The notes under the pieces were generated by a model. The model was not told the DNA's origin and did no database searches. It worked only from the letters and a program-made list of their open reading frames with translations. From Gemmatimonadota bacterium (GTDB taxonomy: Bacteria; Gemmatimonadota; Gemmatimonadetes; Palauibacterales; KS3-K002), in assembly GCA_039586795.1 (NCBI GenBank), contig JBDHJS010000018.1, forward strand, positions 1 to 63,649: a stretch of DNA of 63,649 nucleotides, given 5' to 3'. Shown here piece by piece: positions 28,514 to 36,880 of this stretch. Within the stretch, counting starts at the first letter, position 1. Each line of letters opens with the position of its first letter. Both the position numbers and the translations under genes were made by a program.

Positions 28514-28789
28514 TCAGTCTTCGTCGTCCGGAATGTCCACCGGCGTCGTATGCAGGCAGCTGTCCAGCATCATCTCCAGCCGCTCCGGGTTGAAGCCGAT
28601 GACGAAGTCTTTGCCATGCGCGATCACCGGCACGCCGACGCCGCCAGTCAGCGCACGCCACTCTCTGAGTTCGAAGACATCCTTGGTGATGTCTGCTTCC
28701 ACAAACTCACAGCCGTTTTCTCTCAGCCAATCCTTGGCGAGCCCGCAATAGGGTCAAGTCGGCGTCGTGTAGACTTTGATATCAGGCAT
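28514..28789 (-). CDS. Selenocysteine-containing glutaredoxin (NrdH/YruB-like, UPYC active site), 91 aa
   Basis: MPDIKVYTTPT-U(TGA 28754-28756)-PYCGLAKDWL...GVPVI...GF. GAGGA RBS; the ORF track shows only the part after the TGA. Confidence 0.85.
28722..28741 (-). other. Bacterial SECIS-like hairpin
   Basis: CUC-GCCAA-GGA-UUGGC-U-GAG begins 12 nt after the UGA; G-first apical loop and a bulged U. Confidence 0.65.
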
Positions 28790-28839
28790 CGTCACATTCC
28801 TCGCTTGCGAACGTGAGTATGGAGAGTTGGTTTAAAGGG

Positions 28840-28942
28840 TGTTGATGATTGTGATCGAACGTTTGTAGACTAGGCCTTTAACTTTAGACATACAAGGCCC
28901 GAGAATTGATCACGATCATCAACAACTCAGCCCGCAGCCCTC
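28840..28942. repeat. Intergenic inverted repeat, ATCACAATCATCAACA family
   Basis: TGTTGATGATTGTGATC / GATCACGATCATCAACA(ACTCAGCCC); the arm is shared with 47412-47515. Confidence 0.75.
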
Positions 28943-28958
28943 GATTATCAAGTTGCTC

Positions 28959-31868
28959 ATGAAAGATGAGCTGATACCGTTTCCGAAGCAGATCGAGGCC
29001 ATCGAGGCCGACCCAGGGCCGGTCCTTGTCCTCGCCGGGCCCGGCGCCGGAAAGACGTTCTGCCTGATCCGACGCGTCGCTCGCCTTATTCAAAACGCAG
29101 GCTTCTCGCCCGAGCGGATCTGCGCCGTCACGTTCACCAACAAAGCCGCTGAAGAAGTCACGGCCCGACTCCACGCTCAGCTCGGCGCGGAGGCCGACAA
29201 AATCACTCGCGGAACCCTTCACTCCCTTTGCCTGGGCATTCTGCGGGACCACCCCGAGAAGCTTGGACTGCGCCGTGGCTTCGGGGTTGCCGACGACGAG
29301 TACCAAAAGCTGCTGCTGCGGCGCCTCAACGTCTGGCCCGAGAAACGGCGCGGGCGCCTGCTGAATCTATTCGGGCGTCGCCGCCTCCAGGGCTACGAGC
29401 TGACCGAAAACGACGATGCGATCTACGAGAGCTACCTCTCGTCACTGCGCGAGAAGAACCTGGTCGACTTCGACGACATCATCGCCCTCACGGACCGGCT
29501 GTTCCGCGAACACCCGGAGGTGGCCGTGGAGGTCGCCTCGCGCTGGGACTACGTACTTGTTGACGAGTTTCAGGACCTGGACGCGTCACAGTACACCATC
29601 ATCAAGCGCCTGGCCGAAGAGCACCGCAACATCTTCGCGGTGGGTGACGACGAGCAATCGATCTTTTCGTGGCGCGGTTCAGATCCTCGTATCATCTGGC
29701 GCTTCAGTACCGAGTTCAAAGCAAAGGAGATCATCCTCGACAAAAACTGTCGCTGCAGCCGGCAGATCTTCGACGTCGCGCGACGCCTGATGCGAGAAAA
29801 TCCTGAGTTGTTCCGCAAGGAAATCGAGGCGGACCGGGAGTCGGAACATGAAGTGATTGCCTACGCCTTCGATGATGAAGACGCCGAAGCCAACTGGATA
29901 ATCGACGACATACTGGCCGACCGTGCGGAATCGGGGCTCGGCTGGGGTGACTACGCCGTGCTATATAGACAGCACCTCGTGGGGCGTCACCTGGAGAGCC
30001 GCATGGTCGCGGCGGAGCTGCCCTGTCGTCTGGCTCGCGGGCGATCGTTGCTCGATGACTCGGTCATCGCCTATGTGGTCGCCTCGCTCCGCCTCGTCGC
30101 CGCGCCCGATGACCCGATCAACGTGGAAGCCTTCGCCGAGCGCATGTTGCCGCGGGCGCTGATCGGTGAGGTCCGGACGCTGGCCCAGCGAAACGATGTC
30201 GAGCTCCTGCAGGCGCTTCGCCTCTACGCGCGCAACCACCCGAAGGATCATCCCGACACCAAGAAAGCGTGGCGGCTCATCTTCCACGTGGAGAACCTGC
30301 GGGCGCTGTATGAGTCCCACGAGTCGCTGGACGACTTAATCAACGAGCTACTAACGCAGCGCGTTCGGCGCTACGACAACAAGCTGGAAGAGCGATATGA
30401 AGACCTCGATGACCCGCTAGGCTTTCCTGGGGCTGCAGAGCTAGCCGAGCAGTTGCGCGAAGTCGTGAAGCGGGGCGGTCGAATCTGGATAGAGCCGCGG
30501 GGCGGCGGCGAGATCGCGATACGCGGGATGATGATGGCGGCCAAGCTCCCCGCCGCCGTAGACTACCTGACTGATGACGTCGATCCGGTCCCCGCGGATC
30601 TGGTGTTGCGGGCGGAAGCCAAGTGCGAGCGCCCCTTCATCACCACCCTGTTCAAGGCGCTGCAGTTCGTGCACAGCCGCGACTTTGCTGATGGGCTTCG
30701 CGAATTCGTCACCTTCGATCTCGAGACGACGGATCTGGACCCGATGACCTGCGAGATCGTCGAGATCGGAGCCTCCCGGGTGCGCGGCGGACAGGTGGTC
30801 GAGACGTTCCACTCCCTCGTTCGCCCCGGGAAGCCGGTGGCGCCCGGCGCGTCAGAGGTCCACGGCTATACCGACGACGAGTTGCGCGACGCTCCACCGC
30901 TGGAGCAGGTCTGGCCCGAGTTCGCCGCGTTCGCCGGAGATGATGTGCTGGTCGCCCACAACGGGCTCGCCTTCGATGTTCCCGTCTTGAGGAGACAGGC
31001 CGGGGAGTTCGCCGATGTCTCCAATCTCGTCTTCTTCGACACCCTGCCCCTCGCCCGATCGCTGTTCAAAGAGAGCGCCCGCCTGACGGACCTGGCGACC
31101 CGCTTCGGCGTGGCGATCGAGCGGGCACACCATGCGCTGGACGACGCGGTCGCTCTCGCCCACGTGTTCCGTGGCCTGAGCGAACTGAAGCGCGTTCGAG
31201 CCCGCAAAGCTTCGATGGTCAATCTGCTGGACCACGTCGCGCTGGGATTGGCGCTCGAGAAGTGGAACGTGCTGAAAGACGAAGACCGCTTGCTCCAGGA
31301 GCTCGCGGTGCCATTCGCTCTCGGACGCTACAGCGACTGTCTCGACTTCTACGCCACCGAACGGGACCGGGTACCGGAGGCGCCCGAGCTCGATGAGGTC
31401 ATCGCGCGCCTGGGCGGCCGCAAGATGATGGAACGAATCCGGGCCGAGCGACCACCCGCGGAGCGCTACCCGGCGGCGATGGCTCGCTTGGCCACGCTCG
31501 TCGAGGTGAGCCAGGCTGACACGCTTGAAGAGAGCGTTGCGAACTTCCTGGAGCGGGTCGCCCTCTCCACCTCTGAAGGCGTTGAGGCCGATCCGCACCG
31601 GGTGAATCTCTTGACCCTCCACTCCACCAAGGGGCTGGAGTTCTCCCGCGTCTACGTGGTCGGCGTAGAGGACTTCCAGATGCCCGGCTACTACGCGGCG
31701 GTGGAGAACCGCAAGGACGACACAGACGAGGCCCGACGTCTGCTTTATGTGGGTATGACGCGGGCGAAAGACCGATTGGTGCTGACCCGCACCGCCCGCC
31801 GCCGGGGCAAGGACTCTGGCGGAGAGATGTTCCTCAACGAGCTCGACCTCACCCCGACTCGCCCCTAG
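28959..31868 (+). CDS. UvrD/PcrA SF1 helicase with inserted DEDDh 3'-5' exonuclease domain
   Basis: AGPGAGKT, TFTNKAA, VDEFQD, VGDDEQSIFSWRG, LTLHSTKGLEF, RRLLYVGMTRAK; exonuclease FDLETT, AHNGLAFD, HHALDD. Confidence 0.92.
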   Translation: MKDELIPFPKQIEAIEADPGPVLVLAGPGAGKTFCLIRRVARLIQNAGFSPERICAVTFTNKAAEEVTARLHAQLGAEADKITRGTLHSLCLGILRDHPEKLGLRRGFGVADDEYQKLLLRRLNVWPEKRRGRLLNLFGRRRLQGYELTENDDAIYESYLSSLREKNLVDFDDIIALTDRLFREHPEVAVEVASRWDYVLVDEFQDLDASQYTIIKRLAEEHRNIFAVGDDEQSIFSWRGSDPRIIWRFSTEFKAKEIILDKNCRCSRQIFDVARRLMRENPELFRKEIEADRESEHEVIAYAFDDEDAEANWIIDDILADRAESGLGWGDYAVLYRQHLVGRHLESRMVAAELPCRLARGRSLLDDSVIAYVVASLRLVAAPDDPINVEAFAERMLPRALIGEVRTLAQRNDVELLQALRLYARNHPKDHPDTKKAWRLIFHVENLRALYESHESLDDLINELLTQRVRRYDNKLEERYEDLDDPLGFPGAAELAEQLREVVKRGGRIWIEPRGGGEIAIRGMMMAAKLPAAVDYLTDDVDPVPADLVLRAEAKCERPFITTLFKALQFVHSRDFADGLREFVTFDLETTDLDPMTCEIVEIGASRVRGGQVVETFHSLVRPGKPVAPGASEVHGYTDDELRDAPPLEQVWPEFAAFAGDDVLVAHNGLAFDVPVLRRQAGEFADVSNLVFFDTLPLARSLFKESARLTDLATRFGVAIERAHHALDDAVALAHVFRGLSELKRVRARKASMVNLLDHVALGLALEKWNVLKDEDRLLQELAVPFALGRYSDCLDFYATERDRVPEAPELDEVIARLGGRKMMERIRAERPPAERYPAAMARLATLVEVSQADTLEESVANFLERVALSTSEGVEADPHRVNLLTLHSTKGLEFSRVYVVGVEDFQMPGYYAAVENRKDDTDEARRLLYVGMTRAKDRLVLTRTARRRGKDSGGEMFLNELDLTPTRP

Positions 31869-32971
31869 GGGAGAGGCTCGCTACCGAGCACGAACGATTC
31901 GACAAACAGCCGCGCGACGTCGGAGCGCATCACGTTGGCGTCAACGCCCAGGCCGTAAACGCGACTCAACGCGTCGGTGTTGGCCAGGACGACGAACGCG
32001 AGGCCGTGCTCCGGCGCCCGCACGATGAGCGACGAGTTGCCTATCCAATAGCCGTAGTGCCACTGCAACTCGACGCCTTGATAGCGGTAGATGAACCAGC
32101 CCAGAGCGTATGGCAGGGTCACGCCACCGTTAGAGACAGCCGGCGTGAAGACGGAGTCCCAGGTCTCACCGGACAGGAACTGCCCTCGGTCGATAGCGAT
32201 TGAGTACGCAGCGTAGTCTTCGGCCGACGCCACCATGCCAGCCGCGGTTCCGAAGTATCGCGGTAATTCGACCTGCACTACGCCGGTGCCACTAGACTCG
32301 TAGCCACGGGCCATCCGGCGCATAAAGTCCTCGCGGTCCAGTCCGGTCAGGAGAAAGTCCTCGAGGTCACTGGGGTTGGGGGCTGTGTTCCGCGCCTGCA
32401 ACGGGTCGAGGATCTTCTCGACTACGAGCTCGCCGAAGGTCCGCCCTGACGACTCCTCGATGACGTAATCCAGCAGGCCGAACCGATCGCCGGAGTACTC
32501 GTACTGAGATCCGGGCGTCCCTTTCGACGTGTGGTTCATCAAGTGACGCACGCGTATCGCATCGTTCCCCAGATCTATACCGTAGTCGCCGACTGGATCA
32601 TCGAGATCCACCAGTCCCTGCTCCACTAACTGCATCACGATCGTCGATGCGTATGTCTTGGTAAGTGAGGCCAGGTGGAAGGGCGTTTCGGGTGTGACGC
32701 GTCGTTCGGTCTCGACGTCCGAATAGCCGAAGCCAGCCGACCAAACGATCTCTTCGTCCTTGACGATGGCCGCCGCTAGACCCGGAATCTTGAGACCCAC
32801 CCGCAGACTATCCAACCGGGCCTCGAAACCCTGCAGGCCCGGTTCGAACGAAATCTCAATGGCCGATGGCTCAGTTGGATCATTGTCACACGCCAGCACC
32901 AAAGAAAGAAGGACTGCAAGAGCGCCCAAACCCATGTATTGCACTCCGGTCAACATTCGTCTCTTCCTCAT
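31865..32971 (-). CDS. Lipoprotein serine hydrolase (beta-lactamase family)
   Basis: Lipobox LVLAC, SLTK, YEYS, HYG. Confidence 0.88.
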   Translation of the reverse strand: MRKRRMLTGVQYMGLGALAVLLSLVLACDNDPTEPSAIEISFEPGLQGFEARLDSLRVGLKIPGLAAAIVKDEEIVWSAGFGYSDVETERRVTPETPFHLASLTKTYASTIVMQLVEQGLVDLDDPVGDYGIDLGNDAIRVRHLMNHTSKGTPGSQYEYSGDRFGLLDYVIEESSGRTFGELVVEKILDPLQARNTAPNPSDLEDFLLTGLDREDFMRRMARGYESSGTGVVQVELPRYFGTAAGMVASAEDYAAYSIAIDRGQFLSGETWDSVFTPAVSNGGVTLPYALGWFIYRYQGVELQWHYGYWIGNSSLIVRAPEHGLAFVVLANTDALSRVYGLGVDANVMRSDVARLFVESFVLGSEPLP

Positions 32972-33051
32972 CTATTCACCACTTACTCTCCAACTTCAAC
33001 CCTTCACCCCCCGAACCTCGCAATCCCCAACCCCCCGAATCCCTGACTCTA

Positions 33052-33131
33052 ACCGCCGCTGCCGCTGCCGCTATCGGCGGGCACTCCGGGACAGGATTAG
33101 TCGACTCGATAGCGACAACGACAACGACAGC
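33052..33131 (-). repeat. 25-bp strand-specific RNA hairpin made of hexamer repeats
   Basis: Minus-strand GCUGUCGUUGUCGUUGUCGCUAUCG pairs fully with CGAUAGCGGCAGCGGCAGCGGCGGU, using 7 G-U pairs. Confidence 0.75.
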
Positions 33132-33141
33132 TTCACTTCTT

Positions 33142-33801
33142 CTAGCTCCCGCCAACCGGTAGCAGGTAGCCCGCCGTCAGCATGAGCGTTCTGTTCTTCG
33201 CCTCCGTCGGGTCGCCCGCCTCGTCAATCAGGTTGGACAAACCCAGGTCGTAGGCGATGTCTAATTGGATGTCGCCCGGCCCGGCGCCGATCCCGACACC
33301 GCCGCCGAAGAACAGGCTGAAGTCCGTGCTCTTGGTCTTCGCCTCGAAAGTCTCGGAATCGCACTTGTCTTCGACCCTCTGTCCGCTCCCCTCGACCCAG
33401 ATATTGCAGCTCAACTGGAAGCCGATCGCCGGGCCCGCATACAGATGAAACGACAGCCTGCTGTCGCCCTGCGTCGGGATCGTCGCCCGGAGAAGCAATG
33501 GAACCTCGATGTAATCCACTTCAACCGCCCCGTCGTCGAACGCGGGGTCTTCGACCTTCGCGCCCTTCGCCGTGTACATGCCGGCAAGTTCCACTGCCCA
33601 GTTTGGCGTGAAGTTCACCGCGGCCATCGCGCCCACGTTGAACCCGTTTCTGGGGCTCACATCGAACGGCTCTTCGCTGAAGCTGATCGTGGATCTGTTC
33701 CAGCCCCCGAAAGCGCCGACCGAGAAACTCTGCGCCTGCGCCAAGTCAGCGCCGGCTACCAGGGTAGCCAACGTTAGAGCGGCTACAGTCGTCTTATTCA
33801 T
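33142..33801 (-). CDS. Porin family / outer-membrane beta-barrel protein
   Basis: Signal peptide AQA-Q, YTAKG, VDYIEVP, YAGP, YDLGL. ATG 33801 after AGGAGG. Confidence 0.85.
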   Translation of the reverse strand: MNKTTVAALTLATLVAGADLAQAQSFSVGAFGGWNRSTISFSEEPFDVSPRNGFNVGAMAAVNFTPNWAVELAGMYTAKGAKVEDPAFDDGAVEVDYIEVPLLLRATIPTQGDSRLSFHLYAGPAIGFQLSCNIWVEGSGQRVEDKCDSETFEAKTKSTDFSLFFGGGVGIGAGPGDIQLDIAYDLGLSNLIDEAGDPTEAKNRTLMLTAGYLLPVGGS

Positions 33802-33940
33802 TAGAAACCTCCTATTCGTTCGATTCGTAGTGGGCCATGGTTCCGGGAACCTCGCTCCCCGTTTCCCTGGAGCCCGGGATAACACTTCCGAGTCGCTGTT
33901 TTCGTTTGCTCGTGGTCGTCCGGGGCTTCAGTTCGCGCTC

Positions 33941-33999
33941 ACAATAGAAAAGTCCCGTTTTTCGGCCGTTTTCTAGGCGTTATTCGGCGGATTTTAGCC
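33941..33999 (-). promoter_or_regulatory. Four 11-bp direct repeats plus -10 box: candidate SARP operator/promoter of the porin gene
   Basis: Plus strand CGTTTTTCGGC CGTTTTCTAGG CGTTATTCGGC GGATTTTAGCC (33956-33999); minus-strand TATTGT at 33946-33941. Confidence 0.6.
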
Positions 34000-36588
34000 A
34001 TGGACATACCGCTTTCAGAGGTTCCGAAGACCGAGTTTCGGGTCCTGGGCACCGCAGAGCTCAAAGGGCCAGAGGGCAATCAGCTGCTCTCGATCCTGGC
34101 CCGGCCCAAGCTCGTCGCGCTTCTCTCCTATCTGGCAGCCAGTGCTCGCCGCGGCCTGGTCCGCAGGGACACGCTGATCCGACTCTTTTGGGCTGACAGC
34201 GATCCCGATCGGGCCCGCAACGCGTTGCGCCAGTCGCTGCACCACCTGCGGAAGTCGCTTGGCGAGGATGTCCTGCTGACGCGTGGCGACGATGAGGTTG
34301 GTCTGGCCGGTGACATGTTCTGGTGCGATGTGGCGGCGTTCGAGAACGCCATCCAGGCCGGCGAGCGAGAGACGGCGCTCGAGCTCTATCGCGGCGAGCT
34401 GTTGGAGGGCTTCTACATCGCCGACGCGCCGGATTTCGAGAAGTGGATCGACGGCCGCCGGGCCGAGCTCCGAGACATGGCAGCAACGACGGCGTGGACG
34501 CTGGCCGAGGAGTCAGAAGATAAAGACAACGAAGCCGCAGTGCGCTGGGCGCGGCGCGCTCTTGCCCTCGCTCCGCTGGACGAGGCGCTGGTACGCCGGG
34601 TCGTCGAGTTGCTCGACCGGGTCGGAGACCGCTCGGTCGCCGTGCAGGAATACGAAGCGTTTGCTCGAAGACTGAAGGCCGAGCTCGATCTCGAGCCCGC
34701 ACCCGAGACCCGCACGCTCGTGGAGGGCATTCGCGGGCGCAGGAAGCCGAACGGCGAGGCAGCCGCAGCGAAAGAGACCGCCGTCGGGCCAGCGCCGGCG
34801 TTCGCTGAGCCCAAGCATCGACCCGTCACGAAGTCGAAAGCTTTTCGACTCGGCATGGTCGCCGGGGCAACCATGGTGATCGCGCTGCTCGTGGTCTGGG
34901 GCGTCACGTCAGACGACTCGGCGGGCAATCCCGGTCTCAGCCCAAGACGCGTACTCGTGATGCCGTTCGAGAACCAGACCGGCAACGCTCAACTCGATCA
35001 ATTGGGGCTCCTCGCGTCGGATGGAATCACACGAAGCTTGGAGAGCACGGGATTGGTCGAGACCGTGCCGCCGGAAGCCGCGCTTCAGCTACAGCGATCC
35101 CGAGTCACGTCCGAAAGCGGGAGCGAAGACGCTAGGGTCGTCACGTTGGCCGAGGCGACGAACGCGGGCACGGTGGTCAGCGGTACGATCTACCTCGTCG
35201 GCGACTCGCTACAGATCGAGACACTCGTAACGGATGTTGGAAGCAACCGCGTGATCGCGAATATCGCTTCGGGCCCAGCGCACATCGACGAGCCGACGGT
35301 TGCTGTGGAGGTCATTCAACAGCGAGTCGCCGGTGCGATCGCGACGACGTTGGATGGCCGGATAGGCCTGTTCGCCGATGCGTTGAGGCATCCTCCAACC
35401 TTTGAGGCCTACCGCGCTTTTGTCGACGGGCAAGAACTCGCCGACCGTGGTCACAGTGTGGAGGGAACCCGTCGCTTCGCAGAGGCGAAGGACCTGTATC
35501 TCGAGGCCTTTCGGCTGGACACGACCCTCGTGGCGGCGCTCGTCAGAGCGGGCTGGTCGGCTTTCTCGGACAATTCGCCCGCCGAAGCCGATTCACTCGC
35601 CCGGGAGGCCGATACGCGGCGCGAAAAGTTGACACCGCTAGGTGCGGCTCAACTCGACCTGCTCATCGCGGAGACAACCGGCGACCGTGCCGCCGCCCTG
35701 AGAGCCGCCCGCCGGCAACCCGAAGCGCCCCTCGATCTGGCATTGCGCGCGCTGTGGGTCAATCATCCAACCGAGGCGGTCGAGGCCCTCACCGAGGCTG
35801 ATTGGTACCCGAGCCTCGTTCGATCGGCAGGCCTCTACGGTGTTGAGCGTCTCTACTGGTTTGCGCTCACCTCCAGCTACCACATGCTCGGCGAACACGA
35901 AGCGGAGCTGGAAGCCGCGCGCCGCGCTAAAGAACACTACCCAGAACAGCTGGACGTTCTGAACCTGGAGAGTCGGGCACTGGCAGCCCTCGGGCGATTC
36001 GATGAACTGGACGAATCACTCGATTCAATTGCCGCTCTTCCGCCGAACGGCGTTTGGGTGCCTACTCCGGCTAACCTGATGGCGGCCGCCGGTTTCGAGT
36101 TGCGGGCACATGGGCACCACGAAGCCGCGATCCGCACGGCGAATCGCTCCGTCGCCTGGTACGAGAGCAATCCGCACGACGACCCGAACGACCGGCAGCG
36201 CCGGAGCTTCATCGCGCTCTCTCTGTATGGCGCCGAGCGTTGGGATGAAGCGGCCAACATGTTTCGGGAACTGGCCGCTGAATACCCGGACAGCGTCAAC
36301 TTTCAGGGCTTCCTTGGCGCCATTGCCGCGCGCCGCGGCGACAAAGAAGAAGCGCGGGCCATCGCGGAGCGCCTGGCCGGCACGAACGACCCGTACGATT
36401 TCGGCCGCGACACCTACTGGCAGGCCTGCGTCTATGCGCTGTTGGGCGAACGAGATCTGGCCATGCGGCTCTTACGTCAATCGTACGCCGAGGGCCGGAA
36501 GTTCAATCTTCAACTGCACCGGGACCTCGACCTGCAACCGTTGTGGGGCGACCGGAAGTTTTTGGATTTTCTTGAGCCCAAGGGGTAG
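34000..36588 (+). CDS. SARP/BTAD transcriptional regulator with TM helix, TolB-like and TPR domains
   Basis: FRVLG, LFW...ARNALRQSLHHLRK, CDVAAF, LYRGELLEGF, LEPAPET; one TM helix; VLVMPFEN; TPR-like C-terminus. Confidence 0.88.
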   Translation: MDIPLSEVPKTEFRVLGTAELKGPEGNQLLSILARPKLVALLSYLAASARRGLVRRDTLIRLFWADSDPDRARNALRQSLHHLRKSLGEDVLLTRGDDEVGLAGDMFWCDVAAFENAIQAGERETALELYRGELLEGFYIADAPDFEKWIDGRRAELRDMAATTAWTLAEESEDKDNEAAVRWARRALALAPLDEALVRRVVELLDRVGDRSVAVQEYEAFARRLKAELDLEPAPETRTLVEGIRGRRKPNGEAAAAKETAVGPAPAFAEPKHRPVTKSKAFRLGMVAGATMVIALLVVWGVTSDDSAGNPGLSPRRVLVMPFENQTGNAQLDQLGLLASDGITRSLESTGLVETVPPEAALQLQRSRVTSESGSEDARVVTLAEATNAGTVVSGTIYLVGDSLQIETLVTDVGSNRVIANIASGPAHIDEPTVAVEVIQQRVAGAIATTLDGRIGLFADALRHPPTFEAYRAFVDGQELADRGHSVEGTRRFAEAKDLYLEAFRLDTTLVAALVRAGWSAFSDNSPAEADSLAREADTRREKLTPLGAAQLDLLIAETTGDRAAALRAARRQPEAPLDLALRALWVNHPTEAVEALTEADWYPSLVRSAGLYGVERLYWFALTSSYHMLGEHEAELEAARRAKEHYPEQLDVLNLESRALAALGRFDELDESLDSIAALPPNGVWVPTPANLMAAAGFELRAHGHHEAAIRTANRSVAWYESNPHDDPNDRQRRSFIALSLYGAERWDEAANMFRELAAEYPDSVNFQGFLGAIAARRGDKEEARAIAERLAGTNDPYDFGRDTYWQACVYALLGERDLAMRLLRQSYAEGRKFNLQLHRDLDLQPLWGDRKFLDFLEPKG

Positions 36589-36620
36589 GGGCGGGGTTGG
36601 AAGCGGTGCAAGGCAAGAGG

Positions 36621-36703
36621 TCTAATATTCATCAACATCTAATCCTCAATCCTCAACTCCCCATAGAATGTTTGGGATTGAGGATTAGATTTTGAGGACT
36701 AGA
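36621..36703. repeat. Intergenic inverted repeat with 6-nt periodicity (related to 47412 element)
   Basis: TCATCAACATCTAATCCTCAATCC / GGATTGAGGATTAGATTTTGAGGA. Confidence 0.7.
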
Positions 36704-36771
36704 GCACAGCTTCACGCCAGCCAGAAGATTCTTCGAAAAACAGTCTGTGTGTGTGGCCCGGTGACCGACCG

Positions 36772-36797
36772 GGAACCTGATAATCCGGCTCACCGTT
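36772..36797 (+). promoter_or_regulatory. Candidate ECF sigma promoter
   Basis: GGAAC-N17-CGTT upstream of the dehalogenase. Confidence 0.35.
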
Positions 36798-36880
36798 TTT
36801 CATCGTTCGGAGCGAGCTGACCGGAGAAGAGTACGGTGACGGTGCCGTAGCCCGCTCCAATCATGGCAAGGAGGCCGGCA

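Noticed and set aside
28461..28661. N-terminal extension of the serine hydrolase
   Set aside because: Overlaps the selenoglutaredoxin; the signal peptide and AGGAGG RBS point to 28460.
28514..28789. Glutaredoxin pseudogene interpretation
   Set aside because: The only lesion is a TGA at the catalytic Cys position with a downstream hairpin, which is more consistent with Sec recoding, though not proven.
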